From assembly GCA_039915945.1 (NCBI GenBank), contig JBDSMH010000049.1, forward strand, positions 5,627 through 69,626: a stretch of DNA of 64,000 nucleotides, given 5' to 3'. The position numbers and the translations under genes were made by a program. Shown piece by piece: positions 1-9,470 of this stretch (position 1 is its first letter; the number at the start of each line of letters is the position of its first letter). This DNA is from Acidimicrobiales bacterium (GTDB lineage: Bacteria > Actinomycetota > Acidimicrobiia > Acidimicrobiales > WLNW01). Under the pieces are notes generated by a model. That model was not told the DNA's origin. It ran no database searches and saw nothing but the letters and a program-made list of their open reading frames with translations.

Positions 1-30
1 GACCGAAGTCGACGCGGGAGGCGTCGTCGT

Positions 31-741
31 TCACGAGCTTTCCCACACCGGCGAGCGCGGCTCGTCGAAATGGGTGTCGGACGTGTCGCCGTGGATTGCC
101 GCGAAGGCCATCGACGTCCAATTCGCGCCGCCGGCCAACGGTGAGGGCAGTGCGTCTTCGGCGAAGAAGCCCGCGTCGGCGCATTCGAGCGGATGCGCCT
201 GTACGGCGCCGCCCGTGGCGCGGCACAAGAAGACGAGCGAGTACATCGGGATGCGAGTGAAGCCTCTGCGCAAACCGTCGTACACCGCGATCAGGCGAAC
301 CACCTCGCAGTCGATGCCGGTCTCTTCGTGCACCTCTTTGACCGCGACCTCTGCCGGTGAGTAGCCGACATCGGCCCAACCGGTCGGGTAGAGCCACGCC
401 CCGCTGTCGGCCCGTTGCACGAGCAAGATCTCGCCCGCATCGTTGTGGACGACAGCACCGACGGCCGTCTTGGGCGTGACGTAGCCGGCAACGCCGTCGC
501 CGACGAGCTTCATCCACTCGCCCACGACATCGTCGGGCGCGTGCAGCCATTCGGTCGCAGCCCGGATCTCGCCCGCCACTGCGAGTATTTCTTCGAATCG
601 CTCGCGCTCGTACAGGCTCTGCGTGAACCCCAGCCCCGTGCGAGCGATGGCCGCCAGCGACTCACTCCAGCGCAGCAGGTCGCTTTCGGTGAGTGGGCGT
701 TTGCCTTCCTCGGGCATGGCACGAGGGTAGCGCAGAGTCAC
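31..741 (-). CDS. NUDIX hydrolase with N-terminal helical (Nudix_N_2-like) domain
   Basis: 236-aa ORF. Nudix box 'GWADVGYSPAEVAVKEVHEETGI'. N-terminal 'LLRWSESLAAIARTGLGFT' region. The GTG start overlaps the glnD stop by 4 nt (GTGA). Alternative ATG at 717. Confidence 0.8.
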   Translation of the reverse strand: MTLRYPRAMPEEGKRPLTESDLLRWSESLAAIARTGLGFTQSLYERERFEEILAVAGEIRAATEWLHAPDDVVGEWMKLVGDGVAGYVTPKTAVGAVVHNDAGEILLVQRADSGAWLYPTGWADVGYSPAEVAVKEVHEETGIDCEVVRLIAVYDGLRRGFTRIPMYSLVFLCRATGGAVQAHPLECADAGFFAEDALPSPLAGGANWTSMAFAAIHGDTSDTHFDEPRSPVWESS

Positions 742-3032
742 AGATCAGCGGTCAGCGCATAGAGGATCGTGCGCTCGATCTCCAGGATGTACTGATCGTC
801 GACGATCTTGGCTCCCTTTCGATCGCGCACGTAAAAGGAGTCGATCACCTGTGATCCGAGCGTCTCGATCTTGGCGGACACGATGTCGAGGTCGCTCTCG
901 AGCAACGCCGTCGTGATGCGATACAACACACCGACCCCATCGGGCGCGACGACCTCGACGACGGTCGCCACGTCGGATGAATGGTTGTCGATGACGACCT
1001 TCGGCTCGACGGGGCGCGCCGCGGTTGCGGGGCGCGAACGATACGTGCGCGCGCGTTCGGCGAGCCGCGCCCGAAGCGCGATCTTGCCGTCGACGGCGCG
1101 TTCGATGTCGCCACTCACCTTGGGCCAGTTCAACGCGTTGTCGAACATCGACACGACCCGCAGAACCTCGATGGCCATGCCATCCTCGGAATGTCCCGCG
1201 GCATGCACGACGTCGACGCCGTTGAGCGCCAACGCGCCGGCGACACGGGCGAACAAGCCCGGTCGATCAGGCGCGATGACGGTGACGGTGTCGCCCGCGC
1301 CGTTGATGATCAGCTCACCGCGCGCCAGCAGTACGCGGTGCTCGTCGGTCGGAAACGGCGCGTCCTTCATCTCTTGCACGTCGCCGCCGCGCAACGAATG
1401 CGCGGTGCGCCGCACCAACTCGTTGACGAGCCCGGCCTTCCATGCTCCCCACGCGGCGGGACCGGTCGCGATCGAATCGGCTTCGGTCAACGCCGCCAGC
1501 AATTCGAGCGTCTCGACGTTGCCCACCTGAACCGCCACCGAACGAATCGTGCCTTCGTCGTCGAGGTCGCGTCGCGTGGCGATGTCGGGCAGTAGGAGAT
1601 GGTGGCGCACCATCGAGGTCAACACCGTGACCTCGTCGTCGCTGTAGCCCATGCGCCCACCGATGCGATCGACCAGTTGAATGCCGACCTCGGTGTGGTC
1701 GCCCGGGTAGCCCTTGCCGATGTCGTGGAACAGCGCGCCAAGTACGAGAAGGTCGGGCCGATCGACGCGATCGACCAACCCCGCGGCCTGCGCAGCCGCC
1801 TCGCAGAGGTGCCGGTCCACGGTGAAGCGGTGGTAGGCGTTGCGCTGCGGTTTGCTGCGGCAGGGCTCCCACTCGGGAATCATGCGATGCCACAGACCCA
1901 GCTGATCCAGCGCCTCGATCACCGGGATCGCGGCATGACCGACCAGCAACAGATCGGTCAGCAGGAACCGTGCATCGTCGGGCCAGCGATCGGGCATCTG
2001 CGGTGTCTCACGGGCCATACGTTCGAGCGAATCGCGGCTGATGTACGCGCGGTGCAACGCTGCGGCCGCGGCGACTCGCAGCGGCAATACCGGATCGGCG
2101 CGGACGGCGCAGTCGTCGTCGATGTAGATCGTGCGCTCGTCCAGAATCACGGAGGTCGCAACGGTGCGCGGACGATCGCGGAAGGGACGGCTGCGCCGCC
2201 GGCTCTGCTCGTAGCGATGCCACACGATGTCGCTCGTCCACGCGATCGATCGCGCCGCCGCCGCGACGCGCGCCATCAGCTCGTCGCCGTCGGCGAGCCC
2301 GAGCGCGTGGCCCACCGCGTCTTGGTCTTGCAGCGACAACCGCTCGCCCCGACGACCGGTGGATCGATGCAACTCGACGCGCGTCGCGAGCAGGGTTTCG
2401 TAGTCTTCCGCGAGGCAGCTCTGCTCGCTGGTACCCAGCACCGGCAGTGCCGCTTCGGCCCACCACAACGAGTGAACATCGCGCAGCCCGCCGCGACCTT
2501 CTTTCAGATCAGGCTCGAGTAGGAACGCGACTTCTCCGTTCTTCGCCTGACGGTCCTCGACCCGTTCGCGCAACTCATCGAGTGCACGGCGCGACTCCTT
2601 GCGCCATTGCGCGTGGGCGCGGGTGTGTAGATCGTGCGCGAGTTCGGCCGAGCCACCGACAACGCGCGTCGACAACAACGACGTCGCAACATCGAGATCG
2701 TCACGCGCGAGCGCGAGTGCGTCGTCGACGGTGCGCACCGCGTGACCGAGCTTGACCCCGATATCCCACATCGGATACCAGAGCGCTTTGGCCAAGTCAT
2801 CGACATTGCTCCCCTTGTACAAGAGCAACAAATCGAGATCGCTGTTCGGGCAAAGCTCGCGGCGTCCGTGGCCACCGGTGGCGACCAGCGCGACATCGCC
2901 ACGGTCGCCGGCAACGTCGTTCCACAGCATCGCCAGCCACTCGTCGACCTTGGCCGAGTAAGCCTCACACCACGCTTTGCCGTGCAGGGTGTTGGACGAC
3001 AGCTTTTGATCGTTCTCCAAGAGACGGTTCAT
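738..3032 (-). CDS. glnD: [protein-PII] uridylyl/adenylyl-transferase GlnD
   Basis: 764 aa. Nucleotidyltransferase motif 'GGHGRRELCPNSDLDLLLLY', HD domain 'LGALFHDIGKG', and two C-terminal ACT-like segments. The ATG overlaps the upstream stop (ATGA). Confidence 0.85.
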   Translation of the reverse strand: MNRLLENDQKLSSNTLHGKAWCEAYSAKVDEWLAMLWNDVAGDRGDVALVATGGHGRRELCPNSDLDLLLLYKGSNVDDLAKALWYPMWDIGVKLGHAVRTVDDALALARDDLDVATSLLSTRVVGGSAELAHDLHTRAHAQWRKESRRALDELRERVEDRQAKNGEVAFLLEPDLKEGRGGLRDVHSLWWAEAALPVLGTSEQSCLAEDYETLLATRVELHRSTGRRGERLSLQDQDAVGHALGLADGDELMARVAAAARSIAWTSDIVWHRYEQSRRRSRPFRDRPRTVATSVILDERTIYIDDDCAVRADPVLPLRVAAAAALHRAYISRDSLERMARETPQMPDRWPDDARFLLTDLLLVGHAAIPVIEALDQLGLWHRMIPEWEPCRSKPQRNAYHRFTVDRHLCEAAAQAAGLVDRVDRPDLLVLGALFHDIGKGYPGDHTEVGIQLVDRIGGRMGYSDDEVTVLTSMVRHHLLLPDIATRRDLDDEGTIRSVAVQVGNVETLELLAALTEADSIATGPAAWGAWKAGLVNELVRRTAHSLRGGDVQEMKDAPFPTDEHRVLLARGELIINGAGDTVTVIAPDRPGLFARVAGALALNGVDVVHAAGHSEDGMAIEVLRVVSMFDNALNWPKVSGDIERAVDGKIALRARLAERARTYRSRPATAARPVEPKVVIDNHSSDVATVVEVVAPDGVGVLYRITTALLESDLDIVSAKIETLGSQVIDSFYVRDRKGAKIVDDQYILEIERTILYALTADL

Positions 3033-3355
3033 TCGTCACCAGTCTGCCAAGTATCGGTGGCGAAGTCCGTCAGCCGACGGAAGAACCGGCTACGCGGAAG
3101 GACCTCGGCGCAACCCGCCTCGCGCGCGGCGAGGAGCAACGCTTCGTCGACGTGGCTGGCAAAGCCGACTACCGGCGCCACGAGCGCAGGAATGGCCTCG
3201 ATCACGCCCGGTCGACGCAGATCGACGAGCACCAGGGCGTCACGGCCGACCTCTGTCAGTTTCTCGACAGTCGCGACGAACTCGGCGTGAGGCAATGCGG
3301 CCGAGATGCGCGACCGATCCATGAGATCGGGAGCGAAGACGACGATCGGCCTCAT
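3029..3355 (-). CDS. hypothetical 108-aa protein with an alternating beta-alpha (flavodoxin/receiver-like) pattern
   Basis: ATG at 3355 ('MRPIVVFAPDL...'). 4-nt overlaps with both neighbours. The Arg-rich N-terminal extension in the ORF track (to 3802) looks like a high-GC artefact. No motif recognised. Confidence 0.5.
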   Translation of the reverse strand: MRPIVVFAPDLMDRSRISAALPHAEFVATVEKLTEVGRDALVLVDLRRPGVIEAIPALVAPVVGFASHVDEALLLAAREAGCAEVLPRSRFFRRLTDFATDTWQTGDE

Positions 3356-3816
3356 CGCGGGCGCCGCCGCTGGAGGTGTACGTGGGCCTTCGCCGCGCCC
3401 CACACGATGCCGGCATCGTGCACTTGCGGGCCGAAATCGGCGAACGCCGCGGGCGTCAGCGAGAAGGCATCGTCGGGAAACGATCGCTCGTCGAACTCGT
3501 CGCGCTCGACCGGCTGCGCGGCGACTTCGCGCAACACCTGCGTCGGATAGCGCACTGCCGCCCGCAATATCGACAGAGGGTTCGTTCGCTGTTCGTCGAT
3601 GTCGAGCGCCAGCACGGCCCGCAACTCGGCCAACACCTCGCGCGTCGCCTCGAGGCGGGCGGCGTCGATCAGCGTTGCCGTCTGCTCGTCGACGAGACGA
3701 TGCTGTGCGCGCAGTACCGACTGCACGCGGGACTCGACCCAGTCGCCGATCGACGACTCGACCGCACGCACGAGTTCGTCGGCGTATCGCGCGAGCGCAC
3801 AATCATCGTCGTTCAT
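3352..3816 (-). CDS. hypothetical 154-aa, predicted helical protein
   Basis: ATG at 3816 ('MNDDDCALARYADELV...'). It overlaps the larE 3' end by 14 nt and the next gene by 4 nt. No motif recognised. Confidence 0.5.
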   Translation of the reverse strand: MNDDDCALARYADELVRAVESSIGDWVESRVQSVLRAQHRLVDEQTATLIDAARLEATREVLAELRAVLALDIDEQRTNPLSILRAAVRYPTQVLREVAAQPVERDEFDERSFPDDAFSLTPAAFADFGPQVHDAGIVWGAAKAHVHLQRRRPR

Positions 3817-4618
3817 GCGGCAGCGACTGACCGAGCGCGGCGTTGAGATTGCCCGAACGCAGACCTTCGAGGTCGAGCGTGACATAGCGGTACCCCGCGG
3901 CCTTGACGGCGTCGACCACCTTTTCGCGCACGGCCAGCAGCGCGTCGAGATCGGCCAGCGGCACTTCGACGCGCGCGAGATCGCGATAGTGGCGCACCCG
4001 TACGTCACGGAAGCCAAGGTCGCGCAACCCGCGCTCGGCGGCCTCGACCGACGCCAGCACGCCGATCTCGACCGGGGTGCCGTAGGGCAGACGCGAGGCG
4101 AGGCAAGCAGCGGCGGGCTTGTCCCATGTGCTCAACCCCAATGCGTGCGATGCCTGGCGTAACTCGGACTTGGTGAATCCGGCGTCGACGAGAGGAAACT
4201 GTGCACCGCGGTCTGCCGCGGCACGCTGCCCAGGGCGATGGTCGCCGAGATCGTCGAGGTTGACGCCGAGCACGACGACCGCGGCGCGCTGGGCCGCGAT
4301 GGGCTCGAGGGCATCCATCAACGCGTCCTTGCACCAGAAGCAACGATCGGCATCGTTACGCCGATAGGCGGCGTTTTGCATCTCGGTCGTCTCGACGATG
4401 GTCCAGTTCAAGCCCCATTCGGTCGCGAGCCGTGAACAGTCGTCGTGTTCGAACGACGCCAGCGACGGCGAGAGCGCGGTTACACAATTGACTCGCTCGG
4501 GCCCGAGCGTGTCGTTGGCGACCCACGCGAGAAACGACGAGTCGGCACCACCACTGAAGGCAACCACGACCCGTTCGAGCTGTTGCAAGGTCGCGCGCAG
4601 CGCGCCGAGATCACCCAT
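3803..4618 (-). CDS. larE: LarE-like ATP-dependent sulfur transferase (PP-loop, TIGR00268-type)
   Basis: 271 aa. PP-loop 'VAFSGGADSS'. Conserved Cys motif 'AACLASRLPYGT'. C-terminal 'YRYVTLDLEGLRSGNLN'. It aligns along its whole length with the LarE sequence I recall. Confidence 0.75.
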   Translation of the reverse strand: MGDLGALRATLQQLERVVVAFSGGADSSFLAWVANDTLGPERVNCVTALSPSLASFEHDDCSRLATEWGLNWTIVETTEMQNAAYRRNDADRCFWCKDALMDALEPIAAQRAAVVVLGVNLDDLGDHRPGQRAAADRGAQFPLVDAGFTKSELRQASHALGLSTWDKPAAACLASRLPYGTPVEIGVLASVEAAERGLRDLGFRDVRVRHYRDLARVEVPLADLDALLAVREKVVDAVKAAGYRYVTLDLEGLRSGNLNAALGQSLPHERR

Positions 4619-4630
4619 TGTGTGCAGTTC

Positions 4631-5305
4631 CTATCTGACGCGTTGCATGAGCTCGTCGACGGAACAGACCATGCCGGCGTAGAACGGGCCGAACTCGGCG
4701 TAAACGGCCGAGGCTTCGTCGAAGCGCATCGTGTAGACGACTTCTTTGAGGTCGTCGGGATTCACAGCGAACAGCGTGACTCCCCATTCGAAGTTGTCGA
4801 GCCCGGTCGACCCGGTGATGACCTGCAGCACGCGGCCGGCGAACTTGCGGCCCGACGAACCGTGCTCGTGCATCAGCGACTTGCGATCGTCGTAGGGCAG
4901 CGTGAACCAATTGGCGTGTGCTTCACGCCTTTTCGACATCGGGTAGAAGCACCACGCCGGTTTGCCCTCGGGCGGCAGTTGCGGATGCAGCCGCGCCTGT
5001 TTCATCGGCTCGGGTACGCCCTGCGAATATTCGGACAACTCGGTGAGCGACACGTAGGAATCGACGACGTCGAGGCCGGCGTCGGAGAGCGAGGATTGAA
5101 ACTCGCGGAGCTTCCAAAAGTCGTCGGCCAGCGCCATGAACCCGAGGCTGGCCTTGTGGCCCAACAACGCCACCGAGACCACGCTCACACCATCGGCCTG
5201 CGCGGCGGCGACTGCTTGCGCAACTGCGTCGGGATCGTCGCCGGGGAGACGAACACAAAAGAGGTGCAGTACAGCGAGACCGACGGACGGTGCTACAGGA
5301 TTCAT
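4631..5305 (-). CDS. hemQ: coproheme decarboxylase / chlorite-dismutase-family protein HemQ (ChdC)
   Basis: 224 aa from the ATG at 5305 ('MNPVAPSVGLAVLHLF...'). Typical 'WCFYPMSKRR', 'HGSSGRKFAGRVLQVITGSTGLDNFEWGVTLFA'. The longer ORF-track extension is Arg/Ala-rich noise. Confidence 0.8.
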   Translation of the reverse strand: MNPVAPSVGLAVLHLFCVRLPGDDPDAVAQAVAAAQADGVSVVSVALLGHKASLGFMALADDFWKLREFQSSLSDAGLDVVDSYVSLTELSEYSQGVPEPMKQARLHPQLPPEGKPAWCFYPMSKRREAHANWFTLPYDDRKSLMHEHGSSGRKFAGRVLQVITGSTGLDNFEWGVTLFAVNPDDLKEVVYTMRFDEASAVYAEFGPFYAGMVCSVDELMQRVR

Positions 5306-5319
5306 CGCGGGTAAGTCTC

Positions 5320-6129
5320 TCACGGCGCGACAGATTCGTGACCGGCATCGGTGTAGAGATTGAAGTGACGCTCGCGGGCGAAGCCCACCAAGGTGATACC
5401 GGCTGCTCGGGCCGTATCGACGGCCAGCGCGGACGGCGCGCTCACGGCGACGATTGCGGCAAACCCGGCGGCCCAGGCTTTTTGCACGATCTCGAACGAT
5501 GCGCGTCCGCTGACGAAGAGGCCGAGACCCGTCGCCGGCAGTTGCCCGTCGAGCAACAGCTGGCCGACGACCTTGTCGACAGCGTTGTGCCGCCCGATGT
5601 CTTCGCGCACGATCGAGATCGTGCCCTGCGAATCGAACACGGCCGCCGCATGGACCGCTCCCGTCTTCGCGAACAGAGGCTGATGCTCTTCGAGGCGAGA
5701 CGAGATGTCGGCGAGCACGTCGACGGGGATCTCGCTGCGCGTGACCGGGAGTAGTCGCGCGCACAGCGCGTCGATCGATTCGCTGCCGCAGATGCCACAC
5801 GACGACGACGTGAGCCCGAGGCGCGGCGTCGGTGCGGGCGCCGCGCCGCCGGTGTCGACGGTGACCACGTTGAAGCTCGCCTTTTCCTCGGGATCATCGG
5901 AGCAGTAGCGCAACTGCCGGATCGCTACACCCTCCAGCAAACCCTCGGTGAGGCAGAAGCCCGCAGCAAGCTCGAAGTCGTTGCCCGGTGTTCGCATCGT
6001 CGTCGTCACGAGTGTGTCGTCGAGCCGGATCGACAGCGGCTCTTCTACCGCCAACTCGTCGGGCAGTCGAGTGAGGCGACCCTGGGCAAAGCGTCGCGTG
6101 AGCACACTCCTCGATCGACCTCGACTCAT
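5320..6129 (-). CDS. fdhD: formate dehydrogenase accessory sulfurtransferase FdhD
   Basis: 269 aa from the ATG at 6129. 'EEPLSIRLDD', 'TPGNDFELAAGFCLTEG', catalytic-loop 'SSSCGICGSESID', 'GRHNAVDKVVG'. Confidence 0.8.
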   Translation of the reverse strand: MSRGRSRSVLTRRFAQGRLTRLPDELAVEEPLSIRLDDTLVTTTMRTPGNDFELAAGFCLTEGLLEGVAIRQLRYCSDDPEEKASFNVVTVDTGGAAPAPTPRLGLTSSSCGICGSESIDALCARLLPVTRSEIPVDVLADISSRLEEHQPLFAKTGAVHAAAVFDSQGTISIVREDIGRHNAVDKVVGQLLLDGQLPATGLGLFVSGRASFEIVQKAWAAGFAAIVAVSAPSALAVDTARAAGITLVGFARERHFNLYTDAGHESVAP

Positions 6130-6139
6130 GAGCGAAAGG

Positions 6140-6637
6140 CTACGGCTCCGCGCCCACAACCGAACGTCGCAACTCGGCTCGGAGATGGTGCGTGAGGGGA
6201 AGTCCCATCGCCGCCATCGACAGGTCGTAGCGCAGCACATCACCGTCGACGGTGATCCGACGAACGATCTCGGTCACCGGCTTGGCGCGCGGCGTGCCGT
6301 GCACCTCGCGCGCGACGACCTCGATGGACAGCAGGGGCCCTTGCGTCACCACTGCGCGATCGATCTCGGCGATGCCGGAAGGCGAGCTGATCAGGAACTC
6401 GTACTCGTCGTCGCCCACCGCTCGCAAGTAGCCGGACTCGGCGTGCGCCGGTAGCCCCGTGGCCGCGAGCGTGGTGCGCTGTACGTACGCCACGAACGGC
6501 TTACCCGCGTGGGAGAACATGATCTCTTCGTTGAAGTCGAACGACGCGATCGTCGGGTACTCGCCGTGCCCGCCGCCGCGCCACGTGCCGAGCAGCGGCC
6601 GCAACGGCTCGCACAGGGGATGCAGTGCAGGCTCCAC
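6140..6637 (-). CDS. nitrobindin / FABP-like heme-binding beta-barrel (DUF1794, UPF0678)
   Basis: 165 aa. 'LLGTWRGGGHGEYPTIASFDFNEE' is the hallmark N-terminal motif. GTG start. Confidence 0.75.
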   Translation of the reverse strand: MEPALHPLCEPLRPLLGTWRGGGHGEYPTIASFDFNEEIMFSHAGKPFVAYVQRTTLAATGLPAHAESGYLRAVGDDEYEFLISSPSGIAEIDRAVVTQGPLLSIEVVAREVHGTPRAKPVTEIVRRITVDGDVLRYDLSMAAMGLPLTHHLRAELRRSVVGAEP

Positions 6638-6649
6638 AACGCGAAACTA

Positions 6650-6669
6650 CCCGCGGCAAGCGCCGCGGG
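6650..6669 (-). terminator. GC-rich hairpin downstream of groEL (8-bp stem cccgcggc/gccgcggg, 4-nt loop), followed on the minus strand by TAGTTTCGCGTT
   Basis: Perfect inverted repeat read directly from the sequence. It lies between the groEL stop and the nitrobindin start. Confidence 0.5.
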
Positions 6670-6719
6670 CAGTTTCGGAGATCGCCTTGAGGGGGCGAGA
6701 ACGGAAGGCAGTACTTCCG

Positions 6720-8436
<1,717 letters not shown>

Positions 8437-8463
8437 TTAGCACTCTCCGATACCGACTGCTAA
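8437..8463 (-). promoter_or_regulatory. CIRCE (HrcA operator) copy 1: TTAGCACTC-N9-GACTGCTAA
   Basis: It matches the CIRCE consensus TTAGCACTC-N9-GAGTGCTAA with 1 mismatch. It lies 73 nt upstream of the groEL start. Confidence 0.85.
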
Positions 8464-8478
8464 TCCAAGCACCTTCGG

Positions 8479-8505
8479 TTAGCAATCGCAACCCGCGAGT
8501 GCCAA
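8479..8505 (-). promoter_or_regulatory. CIRCE (HrcA operator) copy 2: TTAGCAATC-N9-GAGTGCCAA
   Basis: 2 mismatches to the CIRCE consensus. Its 5' end is 42 nt from that of copy 1. Confidence 0.7.
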
Positions 8506-8525
8506 AACCAATCCGGCGGGGTGGA

Positions 8526-8601
8526 CGCTAGGCGACCACTCCGCTCAGAGGGCCGCTCAGGCCCGCTACGCGACCACTCCGCTCAGAGGGCCGCTCAGGC
8601 C
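8526..8601. repeat. two tandem copies of a 38-bp unit (1 mismatch); each unit contains CCGCTCAG twice
   Basis: 8526-8563 and 8564-8601 are identical except g/c at the 6th base. The second copy contains the stop codon of the receiver-domain gene. Confidence 0.9.
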
Positions 8602-8937
8602 GCGGCGCGGAGGAGCGACCGGGGCTCGGCCGGTTTGGCGACCACATCGGCCAGGCCGAGACGGTCGGCGTCGGCGCAGATCTCGTCCCAAGGCTCGCTC
8701 GTGTGGAGCACGACCCGCACGCCTCTTAGGTACCCGGCCCGGCGAGCGGCCGCCAACAACTCGAGCCCACTGGTCGATCCGAGGCGAACGTCCACCACCA
8801 CCACGTCGAAGCCGGCCTCGGCGATCGCGGCAAGGCCCTCGTCGTAGCTCGACTCGGTGCGCACGTGATGACCTTCGAATTGCAGCAGTCGCATACCGCA
8901 GTACTCAGGGGTCGTCGTCGATCACGAGTACCTGCAT
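8595..8937 (-). pseudogene. single-domain response-regulator receiver (CheY-like) interrupted by a 1-nt frameshift in a C4 run
   Basis: The ATG at 8937 encodes 'MQVLVIDDDP' and then hits TGA. Skipping one nt at about 8907-8910 joins it to 'EYCGMRLLQFEGHHV...VVVVDVRLG...LHTSEP...VAKP'. The DDD pocket, the phospho-acceptor Asp, and the Thr/Ser and Lys positions are all present in the joined product. The 99-aa ORF (8595..8894) lacks the acidic pocket. Confidence 0.7.
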
Positions 8938-9021
8938 CGCCAGAGGTGTTCGGCGCGAGTGCGGCAGCCCTTGAACGAAAATGGACCCGAGGCCCACCAA
9001 GTCGTGCCGTTTGGACCGGCG

Positions 9022-9297
9022 TCAGCCGCCGGCGACGGCGGGGATGATGGCGACGGTCTCACCGTCGGGCACCTTGGTCGAGAGGCCGTCGAGGAAGCGG
9101 ATGTCGTCGTCGGAGACGAACACGTTGACGAAGCGGCGCAGCTTGCCGTTCTCGTCGAGGATGCGCTCACGGAAGCCCGGGTGGGCGGTCTCGAGTGCCG
9201 AGAGCACCTCGCCGACCGTGTCTCCGGCTACGGCCACCTCTGACTCGCCCCCGGTCAGGGTGCGCAGGGTGGTTGGTACTCGTACGGTGACGCTCAT
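9022..9297 (-). CDS. MoaD/ThiS-family ubiquitin-like sulfur carrier (CysO-like), C-terminal GG
   Basis: 91 aa, ending '...VAIIPAVAGG'. The 'VRVPTTLR...FVNVFV' beta-grasp pattern is present. Confidence 0.8.
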   Translation of the reverse strand: MSVTVRVPTTLRTLTGGESEVAVAGDTVGEVLSALETAHPGFRERILDENGKLRRFVNVFVSDDDIRFLDGLSTKVPDGETVAIIPAVAGG

Positions 9298-9470
9298 CGT
9301 GCTGGCCTTCGCTTCTCACTCGGCAGTTGTCGGGTTCGCGGGTCGCGATGGTAGTGGTCCACGACCTAGCCGCCACGAGCGAATCGCCGTATCCAACCTC
9401 TCGGGGCCTTCCGGCATTCCCTGAGAGACTGCTTTCCGGCGGCCAACGCTGGGCGTGTACGGTCGCAGCG

